The notes beneath the pieces were generated by a model, which had not been told where the DNA came from, made no database searches, and saw nothing but the letters and a program-made list of their open reading frames with translations. Below are positions 38,515-48,147 of a DNA stretch of 64,000 nt, one piece after another. The translations under genes and the position numbers were made by a program. Positions within the stretch are counted from its first letter, which is position 1; every line of letters starts with the position of its first letter. Source of the DNA: Ignavibacteriales bacterium (GTDB lineage Bacteria; Bacteroidota; Ignavibacteria; Ignavibacteriales; Melioribacteraceae); contig JAGUYK010000025.1 of NCBI GenBank assembly GCA_020061355.1, forward strand, positions 47,815-111,814, written 5' to 3'.

Positions 38515-38666
38515 TCGGAATATTTAATTATAAAAATTAATAGTCGGTTAGAATTTTATAGGGAATTGCATCTCTAAACTGATGGTCAAAGAAAGTGAGT
38601 GATCGATTCATAATATAGGAGATTCATTATTACAGGATTGGATCTTTACTGTAAAGAAGCAATTTG

Positions 38667-38710
38667 TCACCCAAAAGAAGTAGTCCCATTTTCATTCCTT
38701 TGACCGATGG
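38667..38710 (+). promoter_or_regulatory. conserved upstream element, copy 10 (most divergent)
   Basis: TCACCCAAAAGAAGTAGTCCCATTTTCATTCCTTTGACCGATGG, 139 nt upstream of ATG 38849. Confidence 0.6.
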
Positions 38711-38848
38711 TTTTGTCTTGAGACTTATTGTAGTTTGTTGTGCATTTGAAAATGTGAGTGTAAAGAATTTATTAACGCATGGACAACTGTAAATACTAAA
38801 ATATATTTAACAGATTTGAGTGATTTAATTAAAAAGGAGTGTTTTACA

Positions 38849-39664
38849 ATGAGATTCATAAAAGAAAATTTAATTCGTTTGGTTGTCTTTATAAGTTTTT
38901 CTACGGCAGTATTATTCATTCTTGGTTGCTCTGATTCAACTTCACCTGAAAACGGGCAGGGACAAATAAAGATAACAATGGTTGATTCCCCCGCTGCTTA
39001 TGATAAGGTAAATATTGTTGTTACAAGAGTTGAAGTTCATAAAGCCGGTTCTGATTCAAGTAGCGGTTGGGTGGTAATAAACAATAACACAGCAACTTAT
39101 GATTTGCTTACATTAAGAAATGGTGCAAGTGTTGTTTTAGGTGATAACTCACTTGATGTCGGGCATTATACACAGATAAGATTAATACTTGGCACGGGCA
39201 GTAATGTTGTAGTGAACGGTACAGTTTTTACTCTTGATGTATCAAGCGCAGCACAGACAGGTATAAAATTAAATCGAGAATTTGAAATCCAGGAAGGACT
39301 TATTTACGAATTACTTCTTGATTTTGATGCCCAGCGTTCAATAGTGCTTACCGGAAACGGGCAGTACAAGCTGAAACCTGTTATTAAAGTTGTACCTACG
39401 ATAATCTCCGGTACCATTTCGGGTAAGATAAATCCGTTAAACGCTGGAGCTTCTGTTTACATAATGAGCGGCACAGATACGGTGAGTAGTACATTAGCAG
39501 AAACAACAAGCGGGTCATTTAAGTTGATGGCATTATTAGCCGGGACATATTCTGTAAAAGTATCTCCAGGCAATCTAATTTATAATGATACAGCAATTGC
39601 TAATGTGGTTGTTACAGCAAAACAAAATACAGATTTAGGAACAATCAGCTTAAGTCTTAAATAA
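38849..39664 (+). CDS. DUF4382-like lipoprotein with C-terminal carboxypeptidase-regulatory-like beta domain
   Basis: Lipobox ILGCSD. ITMVDSPAAYDKVNIVVTRVEVH...GWVVIN...YDLLTLRNG...LDVGHYTQIRLILG...TGIKLN.EFEI...YELLLDFDA.RSIV..GNGQYKLKPVIKV is the DUF4382 pattern as I recall it. Confidence 0.6.
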   Translation: MRFIKENLIRLVVFISFSTAVLFILGCSDSTSPENGQGQIKITMVDSPAAYDKVNIVVTRVEVHKAGSDSSSGWVVINNNTATYDLLTLRNGASVVLGDNSLDVGHYTQIRLILGTGSNVVVNGTVFTLDVSSAAQTGIKLNREFEIQEGLIYELLLDFDAQRSIVLTGNGQYKLKPVIKVVPTIISGTISGKINPLNAGASVYIMSGTDTVSSTLAETTSGSFKLMALLAGTYSVKVSPGNLIYNDTAIANVVVTAKQNTDLGTISLSLK

Positions 39665-39695
39665 ATATAGAAATCACAAAAAAGGAGTAATTGTT

Positions 39696-40193
39696 ATGAA
39701 AAAGTATTTTCTGTTCATTATAGTTTTAGGTTTTATGATGTTCTTATCAAAACCGATTATGGCGCAGGATCACGGATTTGGTTTGGGAATTGTTTTAGGA
39801 GAGCCAACCGGATTGAGCGCAAAACTCTGGACTTCAAAAGTAAATGCTTTTGATTTTGGGCTTGGTGTTGGTCTTGGCGGTGATCGTATCAGTTACAAAG
39901 GCAACTATAATAATTCCGGGCGAATCCATTTTCATATGGATTATTTATGGCATTCATTCAACGCAATAAGTTCAAGCGAAAATTTTCCTCTTTATTACGG
40001 AATAGGCGGCAGGTACAATAGCGGCGGCGGATATGAAGGATCGCTTGGTGTTAGAGGTGTTTTAGGTATAGCATGGTTTCCTCATGCAACTCCTATTGAT
40101 GTATTCTTTGAGCTCGTACCGGTTTTTCAGGTTACCCCGCTTACAGGATTAGGTATTGATGCAGGGCTGGGCATAAGATATTTCTTTCAGTAA
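39696..40193 (+). CDS. small outer-membrane beta-barrel protein (paralog of 35975-36469)
   Basis: Signal peptide. FGLGIVLGEPTGLSAKLWTS...GGDRI...GRIHFHMDYLWH...LYYGIGGR...GIRYFFQ is co-linear with the 35975 product. SD AAGGAG upstream. Confidence 0.65.
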   Translation: MKKYFLFIIVLGFMMFLSKPIMAQDHGFGLGIVLGEPTGLSAKLWTSKVNAFDFGLGVGLGGDRISYKGNYNNSGRIHFHMDYLWHSFNAISSSENFPLYYGIGGRYNSGGGYEGSLGVRGVLGIAWFPHATPIDVFFELVPVFQVTPLTGLGIDAGLGIRYFFQ

Positions 40194-40322
40194 GAGAAAT
40201 TAATTATGATTAGTTGATCTGAAAAAGTAAAACTAATTGTCATAATAACGTAGCTGATTTTTTGAAAGCAATGGATTTGAAGAGAAATAATGAAGTGTTC
40301 TAAATTATTAAAGGAGAAACAG

Positions 40323-40994
40323 ATGAAAACAATTAAAGGCATAATTTTAATTTCAGCATTAGCCGGATCGATTTTTATTTACGGTTGCAGCGCAAGTAAT
40401 GCTGTAAAAGGAGGGGTGATAGGCGGAGTTGGCGGTGGTGTGGTTGGCGGAGTAATCGGGCATTATGCTGGCAGCACGGTACTTGGCGCAATAATAGGTG
40501 CGGCTGTTGGCGGTACCGCCGGAGTTTTAATTGGTAACTATATGGATAAGCAGGCAGAAGAAATGAATAATGATATTGCCGGCGCAAAGATAGAAAGAGT
40601 TGGTGAAGGTATAAAAATTACATTCGATTCAGGAATATTATTTGCAACCAATTCCTCAACGCTTGAATATCAAGCTAAAACAAACATCGCTAAGCTTGCT
40701 ACTATTCTAAACAAATATCCCGATACGAATATTCTGGTGACAGGTCATACGGATTGGGATGGTACCGAGGAATATAATCAAGCCTTATCCGAAAGAAGAG
40801 CTAAAGCAGTTTCGGATTATACTGAAATGCAGGGTGTTACTTCCTCAAGATTTTCAGTAATTGGACTTGGTGAAAATGAACCCGTGGCTTCAAATGATTC
40901 ACCTGAGGGAAAGCGTATGAATAGACGTGTTGAGATTGCTGTCTTCGCAAATGAAAAACTTAAAGAGGCTGCCGAGAAAGGCGGACTGAAATAG
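40323..40994 (+). CDS. OmpA-family lipoprotein with glycine-zipper N-terminal segment
   Basis: ATG 40323 with SD AAGGAG. Lipobox IYGCSA. Gly-zipper GGVIGGVGGGVVGGVIGHYAG...GAAVGGTAG. OmpA-like domain FATNSSTLEYQAKTNIAKLA...VTGHTDWDGTEEYNQALSERRAKAVSDY...NRRVEIAV. Confidence 0.85.
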   Translation: MKTIKGIILISALAGSIFIYGCSASNAVKGGVIGGVGGGVVGGVIGHYAGSTVLGAIIGAAVGGTAGVLIGNYMDKQAEEMNNDIAGAKIERVGEGIKITFDSGILFATNSSTLEYQAKTNIAKLATILNKYPDTNILVTGHTDWDGTEEYNQALSERRAKAVSDYTEMQGVTSSRFSVIGLGENEPVASNDSPEGKRMNRRVEIAVFANEKLKEAAEKGGLK

Positions 40995-41057
40995 TCACCT
41001 AATTAGAAATATGAATATATTTCTTTAAGATCGGTTATGTGAATTAAAACAGTATTA

Positions 41058-41113
41058 GCCCCGGCATTCAATCTTCGCCTTGCTAAACCTTGTCGAAGTT
41101 GAAATGCCAGGGC
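41058..41113. terminator. long imperfect hairpin between convergent genes (possible bidirectional terminator)
   Basis: GCCCCGGCATTCAATCTTCG-loop(16)-CGAAGTTGAAATGCCAGGGC, with 1-nt bulges. Lies between the + gene ending at 40994 and the - gene ending at 41177. Confidence 0.4.
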
Positions 41114-41176
41114 AATTTATTATTCTTATAACCCATTCCTTTACCGGGAAATTTGGACAAGTAATAATATTCCCGT

Positions 41177-42061
41177 TTACGGGTTTAATATTTTTTCTTT
41201 CGATGGCATTTCTTTGATATACAAATCACGCTGAGGGTATGGAATCTCCACGCCGGTTTCTTTAAATTTTTTGAATATTTCAAAATAGAGCTGACTCTTC
41301 AGCACAGCGGGTTTATCGGAATATGTGTTAGTCCAAACACTAAGATTAAACATCAACGCGCTATCTCCATATTCTTTGAATAAAACTGCCGGCTTTGGCT
41401 CACTCAATACATCGGGATTCTCTTCAGCTATTGCGAGTAAAATATTTTTAATATTCTCGGGATCTTCTTTATAAGAAACGCCGACAGGAAAGCTAAACCG
41501 TACAGTTTTATCAGTATGGCTCCAATTAATTACCGTAGAAGAAATGAATTCCGAATTTGGGACAATAATAGAGATATTATCGTTCGTTAAAACTGTCGAT
41601 GCACGCATCGAAATCTTTGTTACATCACCTGTTACTTTACCAATTTCAATTCTATCACCGACTTTTATCGGTCTTTCAAATAGAATTATTAATCCGCTGA
41701 CAAAATTATTTGTAACATTTTGCAAACCGAAACCAATACCAATACCGAGAGCACCAAGAAGAACTGTAAGACTGCTCAAATTGATACCAACGGTTTGGAT
41801 AATAATTATAAATCCAATAGTCAGAATCACATATCGGATAATTGTACTTACTGCAACACGAACACCTAAATCAATTTTACTCTTGGCTAAAACCTTGTAA
41901 ACAATAATTTTGTTTAGCTTTTTTATAATATAATAAAGCACAGCAATCAGTACTAGAAGATAGCTCAAAGTCCAGAGTGTGATAGTAGATGTGCCCACAG
42001 AGAATACGGGCACACTTAAAAATTTAATAATGCTTTGAAAAAAAGTTTCTATTCCTTTCAT
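41177..42061 (-). CDS. MscS-family mechanosensitive ion channel
   Basis: TM helices followed by LGALGIGIGFGLQNVTNNFVSGLIILFERPIKVGDRIEIG (MscS pore and beta-domain signature). ATG at 42061 is preceded by GGAGG, so it is preferred over TTG 42085. Confidence 0.85.
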   Translation of the reverse strand: MKGIETFFQSIIKFLSVPVFSVGTSTITLWTLSYLLVLIAVLYYIIKKLNKIIVYKVLAKSKIDLGVRVAVSTIIRYVILTIGFIIIIQTVGINLSSLTVLLGALGIGIGFGLQNVTNNFVSGLIILFERPIKVGDRIEIGKVTGDVTKISMRASTVLTNDNISIIVPNSEFISSTVINWSHTDKTVRFSFPVGVSYKEDPENIKNILLAIAEENPDVLSEPKPAVLFKEYGDSALMFNLSVWTNTYSDKPAVLKSQLYFEIFKKFKETGVEIPYPQRDLYIKEMPSKEKILNP

Positions 42062-42286
42062 AATTCCTCCTTCATGGAAATACAAACCAAAATTATTTTT
42101 GTTGCCAAATCATGAAAACCAATATTGTGCAAGTTGCTTTTACTATTTCCGAGCAACTCTCTACTGTTTAAACCTTTTACTTAACTATTTTTCTCTACAA
42201 TAACGGATGCTTCACTATCTTATTGGCGATCTAATGTTCAATAAATAGCTCAAGTTATAATACGGATTCTGTTCGAATTTTTACTC

Positions 42287-42330
42287 ATTCCAAAGATGTA
42301 GTTCCTTTTTCATCCCTTTGCCCGATTGAA
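42287..42330 (+). promoter_or_regulatory. conserved upstream element, copy 11
   Basis: ATTCCAAAGATGTAGTTCCTTTTTCATCCCTTTGCCCGATTGAA. TTGAAA 42326-42331, 17-nt spacer, GATAAT 42349-42354. 100 nt upstream of ATG 42430. Confidence 0.85.
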
Positions 42331-42429
42331 AACTTCCTTTTAACTGTTGATAATGGACACAGAATAAAAACCAATGATCCTTTAAGGCTGGGAACTGATT
42401 TATTAAGAAATATTCGAGAGGTCCTACTT

Positions 42430-43911
42430 ATGAATATATTAATGGTTTATCCGATGTATCCGGATACATTCTGGAGTTTTAAGCATGCTTTAAAATTTGT
42501 ATCGAAGAAAGCAAGCTTTCCCCCTTTAGGATTATTAACTGTTGCTTCACTGCTTCCGAAAGAATGGAACAAAAAATTAATTGATATGAACGCAAGTGAT
42601 CTGACCGATGAAGATATTCTTTGGGCGGATTATGTTTTCATTAGCGCTATGTCAATTCAAAGTGAATCGGCAAATCAAGTAATCGAAAGGTGTAATAAAT
42701 TAAACGCTAAAATCGTAGCCGGAGGACCATTATTTACAAGCAGTCCCGAGTACTATGATAATGTTGCCCATCTCGTTCTTAATGAAGCCGAAATTACTCT
42801 CCCGCGTTTCTTAAATGATTTGAGTGAAGGAAAAGCTCAGCATAAATATACTTCGGATGAATGGGCGGATATTGCAGTCACACCATTACCTCTTTGGGAT
42901 TTAGTCCATTCGAAAAATTATACTTCCATGAATGTGCAGTATTCACGCGGCTGTCCTTTTGACTGCGACTTCTGCGATATAACCGTGCTGTATGGTAGAA
43001 AACCCAGAACTAAAACAAAAACGCAGGTGATTGCCGAACTAGATGCACTCTACTTTACCGGTTGGCGGGGACCCGTATTTTTTGTAGATGATAATTTCAT
43101 TGGCAATAAATCAAAATTAAAAAAAGAAATTCTACCTGCAATTGTTGAGTGGAATGAGAAAAGGAAAAACCCTTTCTACTTTAACACAGAAGTATCAATC
43201 AATCTTGCTGATGATGATAATTTGATGCAGCTTATGGTTAAAGCGGGATTTGAAGCAGTGTTCATCGGAATCGAATCCCCGAACGAAGAGAGTCTGGTTG
43301 AATGTAACAAAATTCAAAACCGTAACCGGGATTTAATAGAGAGTGTTAAAAAAATTCAACTGGCAGGCTTAGAAGTCCAGGGTGGTTTTATAGTTGGATT
43401 CGATAACGATCCGCCGATTATCTTTGATAAGCTTACAAACTTTATACAGGAAAGCGGTATCGTAACAGCAATGGTGGGATTACTCAATGCACCCAGAGGA
43501 ACGAAACTGCAAAAGAGGCTGCTTAAAGAAGGCAGGCTGCTAAATGATTTTACAGGTAATAACACCGACTTTTCTATCAACTTTATCCCTCATATGGATT
43601 CCGAAGAACTTATCAATGGTTACAAAAAAATACTGCATACAATCTATTCACCTAAATATTATTATGCGCGCGTTATGCGCTTTATGAAAGATTTTGAACC
43701 TAAGAAGAAAAAAGTTTTTCATCTTAACCCGAATTATGTTTCGGCACTTTTTAAATCTATGTTCAAATTGGGTGTGATTGGTGAGGAAAGAATTTATTAC
43801 TGGAAATTATTTTTCTGGTCGTTGTTCCGTAAACCCAAGCTCTTTTCTCTTGCAATACTGTTTGCGATTTACGGATTTCATTTTAAAAAGATTTCCAACG
43901 GTTTTTATTAA
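42430..43911 (+). CDS. B12-binding-domain radical SAM protein (class B, DUF4070-type C-terminus)
   Basis: N-terminal cobalamin-binding-like domain (MNILMVYPMYPDTFWSF...PPLGLLTVASLLP). Radical SAM cluster motif SRGCPFDCDFCDI. Substrate unknown. Confidence 0.8.
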   Translation: MNILMVYPMYPDTFWSFKHALKFVSKKASFPPLGLLTVASLLPKEWNKKLIDMNASDLTDEDILWADYVFISAMSIQSESANQVIERCNKLNAKIVAGGPLFTSSPEYYDNVAHLVLNEAEITLPRFLNDLSEGKAQHKYTSDEWADIAVTPLPLWDLVHSKNYTSMNVQYSRGCPFDCDFCDITVLYGRKPRTKTKTQVIAELDALYFTGWRGPVFFVDDNFIGNKSKLKKEILPAIVEWNEKRKNPFYFNTEVSINLADDDNLMQLMVKAGFEAVFIGIESPNEESLVECNKIQNRNRDLIESVKKIQLAGLEVQGGFIVGFDNDPPIIFDKLTNFIQESGIVTAMVGLLNAPRGTKLQKRLLKEGRLLNDFTGNNTDFSINFIPHMDSEELINGYKKILHTIYSPKYYYARVMRFMKDFEPKKKKVFHLNPNYVSALFKSMFKLGVIGEERIYYWKLFFWSLFRKPKLFSLAILFAIYGFHFKKISNGFY

Positions 43912-44200
43912 GAGTCTTAACATCCCATTAATTGATAGTAAAGCAGTTGATGATACGGCAGAGTTATTTAATTGTATTCAACAAATAAAAAATGAGAGCG
44001 GGCTATGGAGTTTTCAACATTTGCGCTAATATTTTTCGGCATTCTGGCAGTAGTATGCATCATATGCACAGTAATACTATACCCGGAATTGAGAGAGTTT
44101 GTCCAGGAACTTAAGAGAGATTCTTAAAGAAAAATTTCATGTTTGATCATATCATTTATTGATATTCAACTTCGAAAATAATTAGAAGGGGATCTTCATC

Positions 44201-46483
44201 TTGAAATCAAGGATTAAAAGTTCAACTATCAACCGTATCGCATTTATCGGAAATTATTCTCCGCGCCAATGCGGTATCGCAACGTTTACTACCGATTTGT
44301 GCGAGGCGATCGCTACTCAATTTCCCGGAACTACATGTATTGCACTGCCGGTCAATGATGTCGAAACCGGTTATGCATATCCACCACGCGTTCGATTTGA
44401 ACTGATAGAAAAGGACATTAATTCTTACCACCGCGCAGCAGATTTTCTGAATATCAACGATGTTGATATGGTTTGTATGCAATTCGAGTATGGAATCTTC
44501 GGCGGAAAAGCGGGTAGTCATATCATTTCACTTTTGCGTGAACTGCGAATGCCGATAGTTACAACTTTGCATACAATACTTAAAAATCCAAATCCGGATC
44601 AGAAACGTGTATTGGAAGAAGTAGCAGCTCTTTCGGATCGGTTAGTTGTGATGAGTGAACTCGGTTCTGAATTTTTACAATCAATTTATAAAGTGACGCC
44701 AGAAAAGATTGATATAATTCCGCATGGTATTCCTGATGTACCTTTTGTTGATCCGAGTTTTAATAAAGATTTATTTGGTGTCGAAGGTAAAACAGTATTA
44801 CTAAGTTTTGGATTACTCTCTGCAAGTAAAGGAATCGAAACTGTTATTTCAGCGATGCCTGAAATAGTCGCTCGTTATCCGGACAGTGTCTATATTATAG
44901 TCGGAGCCACACATCCTCATGTCATCCAGCACGAAGGTGAAACTTATCGGCTCTCTCTTCAATGGTTAGCACAGCAGAAGGGAGTGGAAAGTAATGTTAT
45001 TTTTTACAACCGCTTTGTCAGTTTGGAAGAGCTTGTTGAATTCATTAGTGCAGCTGATATTTATATTACACCTTATCTCAATGAGGCACAGATTACATCC
45101 GGAACTTTAGCTTACACTTTAGGGGCGGGCAAAGCAGTTATCTCAACGCCATATTGGTATGCTCAGGAAATGCTTTCGGATGGACGGGGTGTTCTGGTAC
45201 CATTCCGCGATCATGAAGCTTTGGCAAAACAGGTTATTAACTTGTTGGACAATGAAGCCGAACGGCATGCAATGCGCAAACGCGCTTATATGTTTGGACG
45301 TGCAATGATTTGGTCCAAGGTTGCTCAACGTTATATGGAAAGTTTTGAACGTGCACGCTCGGAGCGCCGACATTATATTCCTCCCGGATTTACAGCTAAA
45401 GCGTTAGATAAACATAATGGCGAACTACCTCCGTTAAAACTCGATCACTTAGACCATCTTACTGACTATACAGGCATATTTCAACATGCTCTTTTTACAG
45501 TGCCTAATTATTCTCATGGCTATACAACCGATGACAATGCTCGAGCTCTTTTAGTAAGTATTCTCTTAGATAAACTGGGTAACCGCAAGAGCATAGGATT
45601 GGCTTCCCGTTATCTTGCATTTCTTGGATTTGCTTTCAACGATCAAACTAAACGTTTTCGGAATTTTATGAACTATCAACGCAATTGGTTGGAAGATAAA
45701 GGTTCGGATGATAGTCATGGCCGTTCACTTTGGGCATTAGGAACTGTATTGAATCATTCTAATGCAATGGCACTAAAAGGTATGGCCAGTTGGTTGTTTG
45801 AACAAACTTTACCGGCAATTCTCTTAACTACAAGTCCGCGCGCCTGGGCATTTGCACTTATAGGTATTTATGAATATTTACAGAAATTTGGCGGTGACCG
45901 TAGAATAAGTCAGGTGCGTGACGAATTAGCAGGACGTCTTCTTATATTATATCAAAATAATTATTCTGAAGAATGGCGCTGGTACGAAAAAGAATTAACA
46001 TACTGCAACGCTTCTCTTCCTCATGCTTTAATCATATGTGGTAAATCAATTCCAAACAAAGCTATGACTGATGCCGGTTTAGAATCGTTAAATTGGCTTG
46101 CCGATTTGCAGCGTGCTGATGCTGGTCATTTCGTCCCGATCGGATCAAACGGTTTTTATAAAAAAGGTGGGGAAAAAGCTCGTTTCGATCAGCAACCGGT
46201 TGAGGCGCAAGCAATGGTATCGGCTTGTCTCGAAGCTTTCAGAATTACAGAAGACAAACGCTGGAATAGAGAAGCTCGCAGTGCATTCGAATGGTTCCTA
46301 GGACGTAACGATTTAAATCTTTCCGTTTATGACCCAACAACAGGTGGCTGTCGTGATGGTTTGCATTCGGACCGTCTCAACGAGAATCAGGGATCAGAAT
46401 CAACTTTAGCTTATCTCCAATCGTTACTGGAGTTACGTTTGTCTGAACATTCGCAATTATTTATGGAGGCAAAATCAAAATGA
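44201..46483 (+). CDS. GT4-family glycosyltransferase fused to a C-terminal helical (possibly alpha/alpha-toroid) domain
   Basis: The TTG start gives ...RIAFIGNYSPRQCGIATFT. The GT4 region carries FISAADIYITPYLNEAQITSGTLAYTLGAGKAVISTP. The ~370-aa C-terminal extension is helix-rich (HGYTTDDNARALL, GRSLWALG, WAFALIGIYEY). Confidence 0.75.
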   Translation: MKSRIKSSTINRIAFIGNYSPRQCGIATFTTDLCEAIATQFPGTTCIALPVNDVETGYAYPPRVRFELIEKDINSYHRAADFLNINDVDMVCMQFEYGIFGGKAGSHIISLLRELRMPIVTTLHTILKNPNPDQKRVLEEVAALSDRLVVMSELGSEFLQSIYKVTPEKIDIIPHGIPDVPFVDPSFNKDLFGVEGKTVLLSFGLLSASKGIETVISAMPEIVARYPDSVYIIVGATHPHVIQHEGETYRLSLQWLAQQKGVESNVIFYNRFVSLEELVEFISAADIYITPYLNEAQITSGTLAYTLGAGKAVISTPYWYAQEMLSDGRGVLVPFRDHEALAKQVINLLDNEAERHAMRKRAYMFGRAMIWSKVAQRYMESFERARSERRHYIPPGFTAKALDKHNGELPPLKLDHLDHLTDYTGIFQHALFTVPNYSHGYTTDDNARALLVSILLDKLGNRKSIGLASRYLAFLGFAFNDQTKRFRNFMNYQRNWLEDKGSDDSHGRSLWALGTVLNHSNAMALKGMASWLFEQTLPAILLTTSPRAWAFALIGIYEYLQKFGGDRRISQVRDELAGRLLILYQNNYSEEWRWYEKELTYCNASLPHALIICGKSIPNKAMTDAGLESLNWLADLQRADAGHFVPIGSNGFYKKGGEKARFDQQPVEAQAMVSACLEAFRITEDKRWNREARSAFEWFLGRNDLNLSVYDPTTGGCRDGLHSDRLNENQGSESTLAYLQSLLELRLSEHSQLFMEAKSK

Positions 46484-47424
46484 ACAATCAGCATGCACAA
46501 CTTATTCACCGTAATAAACTTAATCCCATTCTTACAGCTGATAATTGGCCGTATCCTATTAACAGTGTATTCAATGCTGGTGCTACATTACTACCAGATG
46601 GAACAACATTACTTCTGTGTCGCGTAGAAGATCGGCGTGGACTTTCTCACTTTTGTGCTGCCCGCTCTGCAAATGGTTTTGATGGCTGGGTAATTGACCC
46701 GCAGCCAACTCTATTACCTGATCCGGTTAATCATCCGGAAGAATTATGGGGCATTGAAGATCCGCGCATAACTTTCGTTAAAGAATTAAAAAAGTACGCA
46801 GTCGTTTATACTGCTTACACACGCGATGGTCCCGGTGTTTCTTTGGCACTCACAGAAGATTTTATAAACTTTGAGCGCTATGGTATTATTATGTCGCCTG
46901 AAGATAAAGATGCAGCATTACTTCCCAATCGAATTGATGGTAAGTGGGTTTTGATTCATCGTCCGATTAGCGCACCGAGAGCCCATATGTGGATTTCTTA
47001 TTCACCCGACTTGATCCATTGGGGAAATCACAAGTTAATGATGAATGCACGTAAGGGTGCTTGGTGGGATGCAAATAAAATTGGTCTCTCACCCCCACCA
47101 ATTGAAACACCGGATGGATGGTTGGTAATTTATCATGGAGTGAAACAACCATGTGGCGGATGCATTTACAGGTTAGGAATTGCACTATTTGATTTGAACA
47201 ATCCTGAAATTTGTCTTAAGCGCGGGGACGAATGGATCTTCGCTCCGGAAGAACCTTATGAGCAGCACGGTGATGTTGGAAATGTAGTATTTCCATGCGG
47301 TTACACAATTGGCGCGGATGGAGATACTGTTAATATATATTATGGCGCAGCAGATACAAGCATTGCTTTAGCAACAAGCAGTATAAAAGAGATGTTGAAT
47401 TGGCTTACACAGCACAGTTCATAA
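46480..47424 (+). CDS. GH130-family glycoside phosphorylase/hydrolase-like protein (PH1107-related glycosidase)
   Basis: NPILTADNWPY..NSVFNAGATLLPDGTTLLLCRVEDRRG.S, WGIEDPRITFV, AVVYTAYT, EDKDAALLP, and the C-terminal GAADTSIALAT pattern are typical of GH130/DUF377. ATGA overlap with the preceding gene (46480-46483). Confidence 0.75.
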   Translation: MNNQHAQLIHRNKLNPILTADNWPYPINSVFNAGATLLPDGTTLLLCRVEDRRGLSHFCAARSANGFDGWVIDPQPTLLPDPVNHPEELWGIEDPRITFVKELKKYAVVYTAYTRDGPGVSLALTEDFINFERYGIIMSPEDKDAALLPNRIDGKWVLIHRPISAPRAHMWISYSPDLIHWGNHKLMMNARKGAWWDANKIGLSPPPIETPDGWLVIYHGVKQPCGGCIYRLGIALFDLNNPEICLKRGDEWIFAPEEPYEQHGDVGNVVFPCGYTIGADGDTVNIYYGAADTSIALATSSIKEMLNWLTQHSS

Positions 47425-47783
47425 AAGGAAGGAATATTATGAGAAAGAAACCAAATGCACCCTTAATAATATCATTTATTATTGTTGGGATAATTTTACT
47501 CATCTTTTTTACGGTATTGTGATTTCAACAATTAATATTGTGTGAATAAAAGAGAGTTATTAACTGCACAAACTTTGTGCGGACATTAAACAGCATTAAC
47601 TTTTTTTAGAGTATGAAAGCATCATTGAGAAAAGAGTATAATTGTGTCACCGGCATCTATTCTAACCAAAAGGAAAGGAAAACCTTTGAACACATTAGTA
47701 TATAGTTGGCCGGGCAAACGAAATTAACTGAAGATGTGAAATAATTTGCAAATGAACAAGCTAACATGGGCATTTAGAAAATC

Positions 47784-48002
47784 ATGAATGATAAGAAAGT
47801 AGTAATCGGAATATTTGAAAATGAGTTAAATGCAATAATTGCAAAAAGAGACCTCAGGAAAGTTGGTATCAACGCAAACATACTTAAAGAATGTAGCGGT
47901 GTAAAATTGCATTTATTACAAAAGGAAAGTGGCGTACAACTACTGGTTCCTGATACTCAAGTAGAAGAATCTCAGAAAATTCTTCAGGCAAGATTTTTCT
48001 AA
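47784..48002 (+). CDS. small hypothetical protein (possibly DUF2007-like)
   Basis: 72-aa ORF. VVIGIFENELNAIIAKRDLRKVGINANI resembles the beta-alpha start of DUF2007 proteins. Weak. Confidence 0.35.
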   Translation: MNDKKVVIGIFENELNAIIAKRDLRKVGINANILKECSGVKLHLLQKESGVQLLVPDTQVEESQKILQARFF

Positions 48003-48147
48003 CGATGCTGGCTCAATGTTACTATTATAGATTGAGGTTGAATCCGTTAGCGCTGTGCAAATTTTAAAGCTAAGTATAAACTAGTAGATTGATTAAAAAA
48101 ACATAAGCGGAATAATTAATTAATATTATAAACAAAGGAGAAAAACC

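Noticed and set aside
44045-44060. Sigma-54-like TGGCAG-TAGTA-TGCAT upstream of the GT4 gene
   Set aside because: The GG-to-GC spacing is one nucleotide short of the strict -24/-12 geometry, and the site lies inside a possible mini-ORF.
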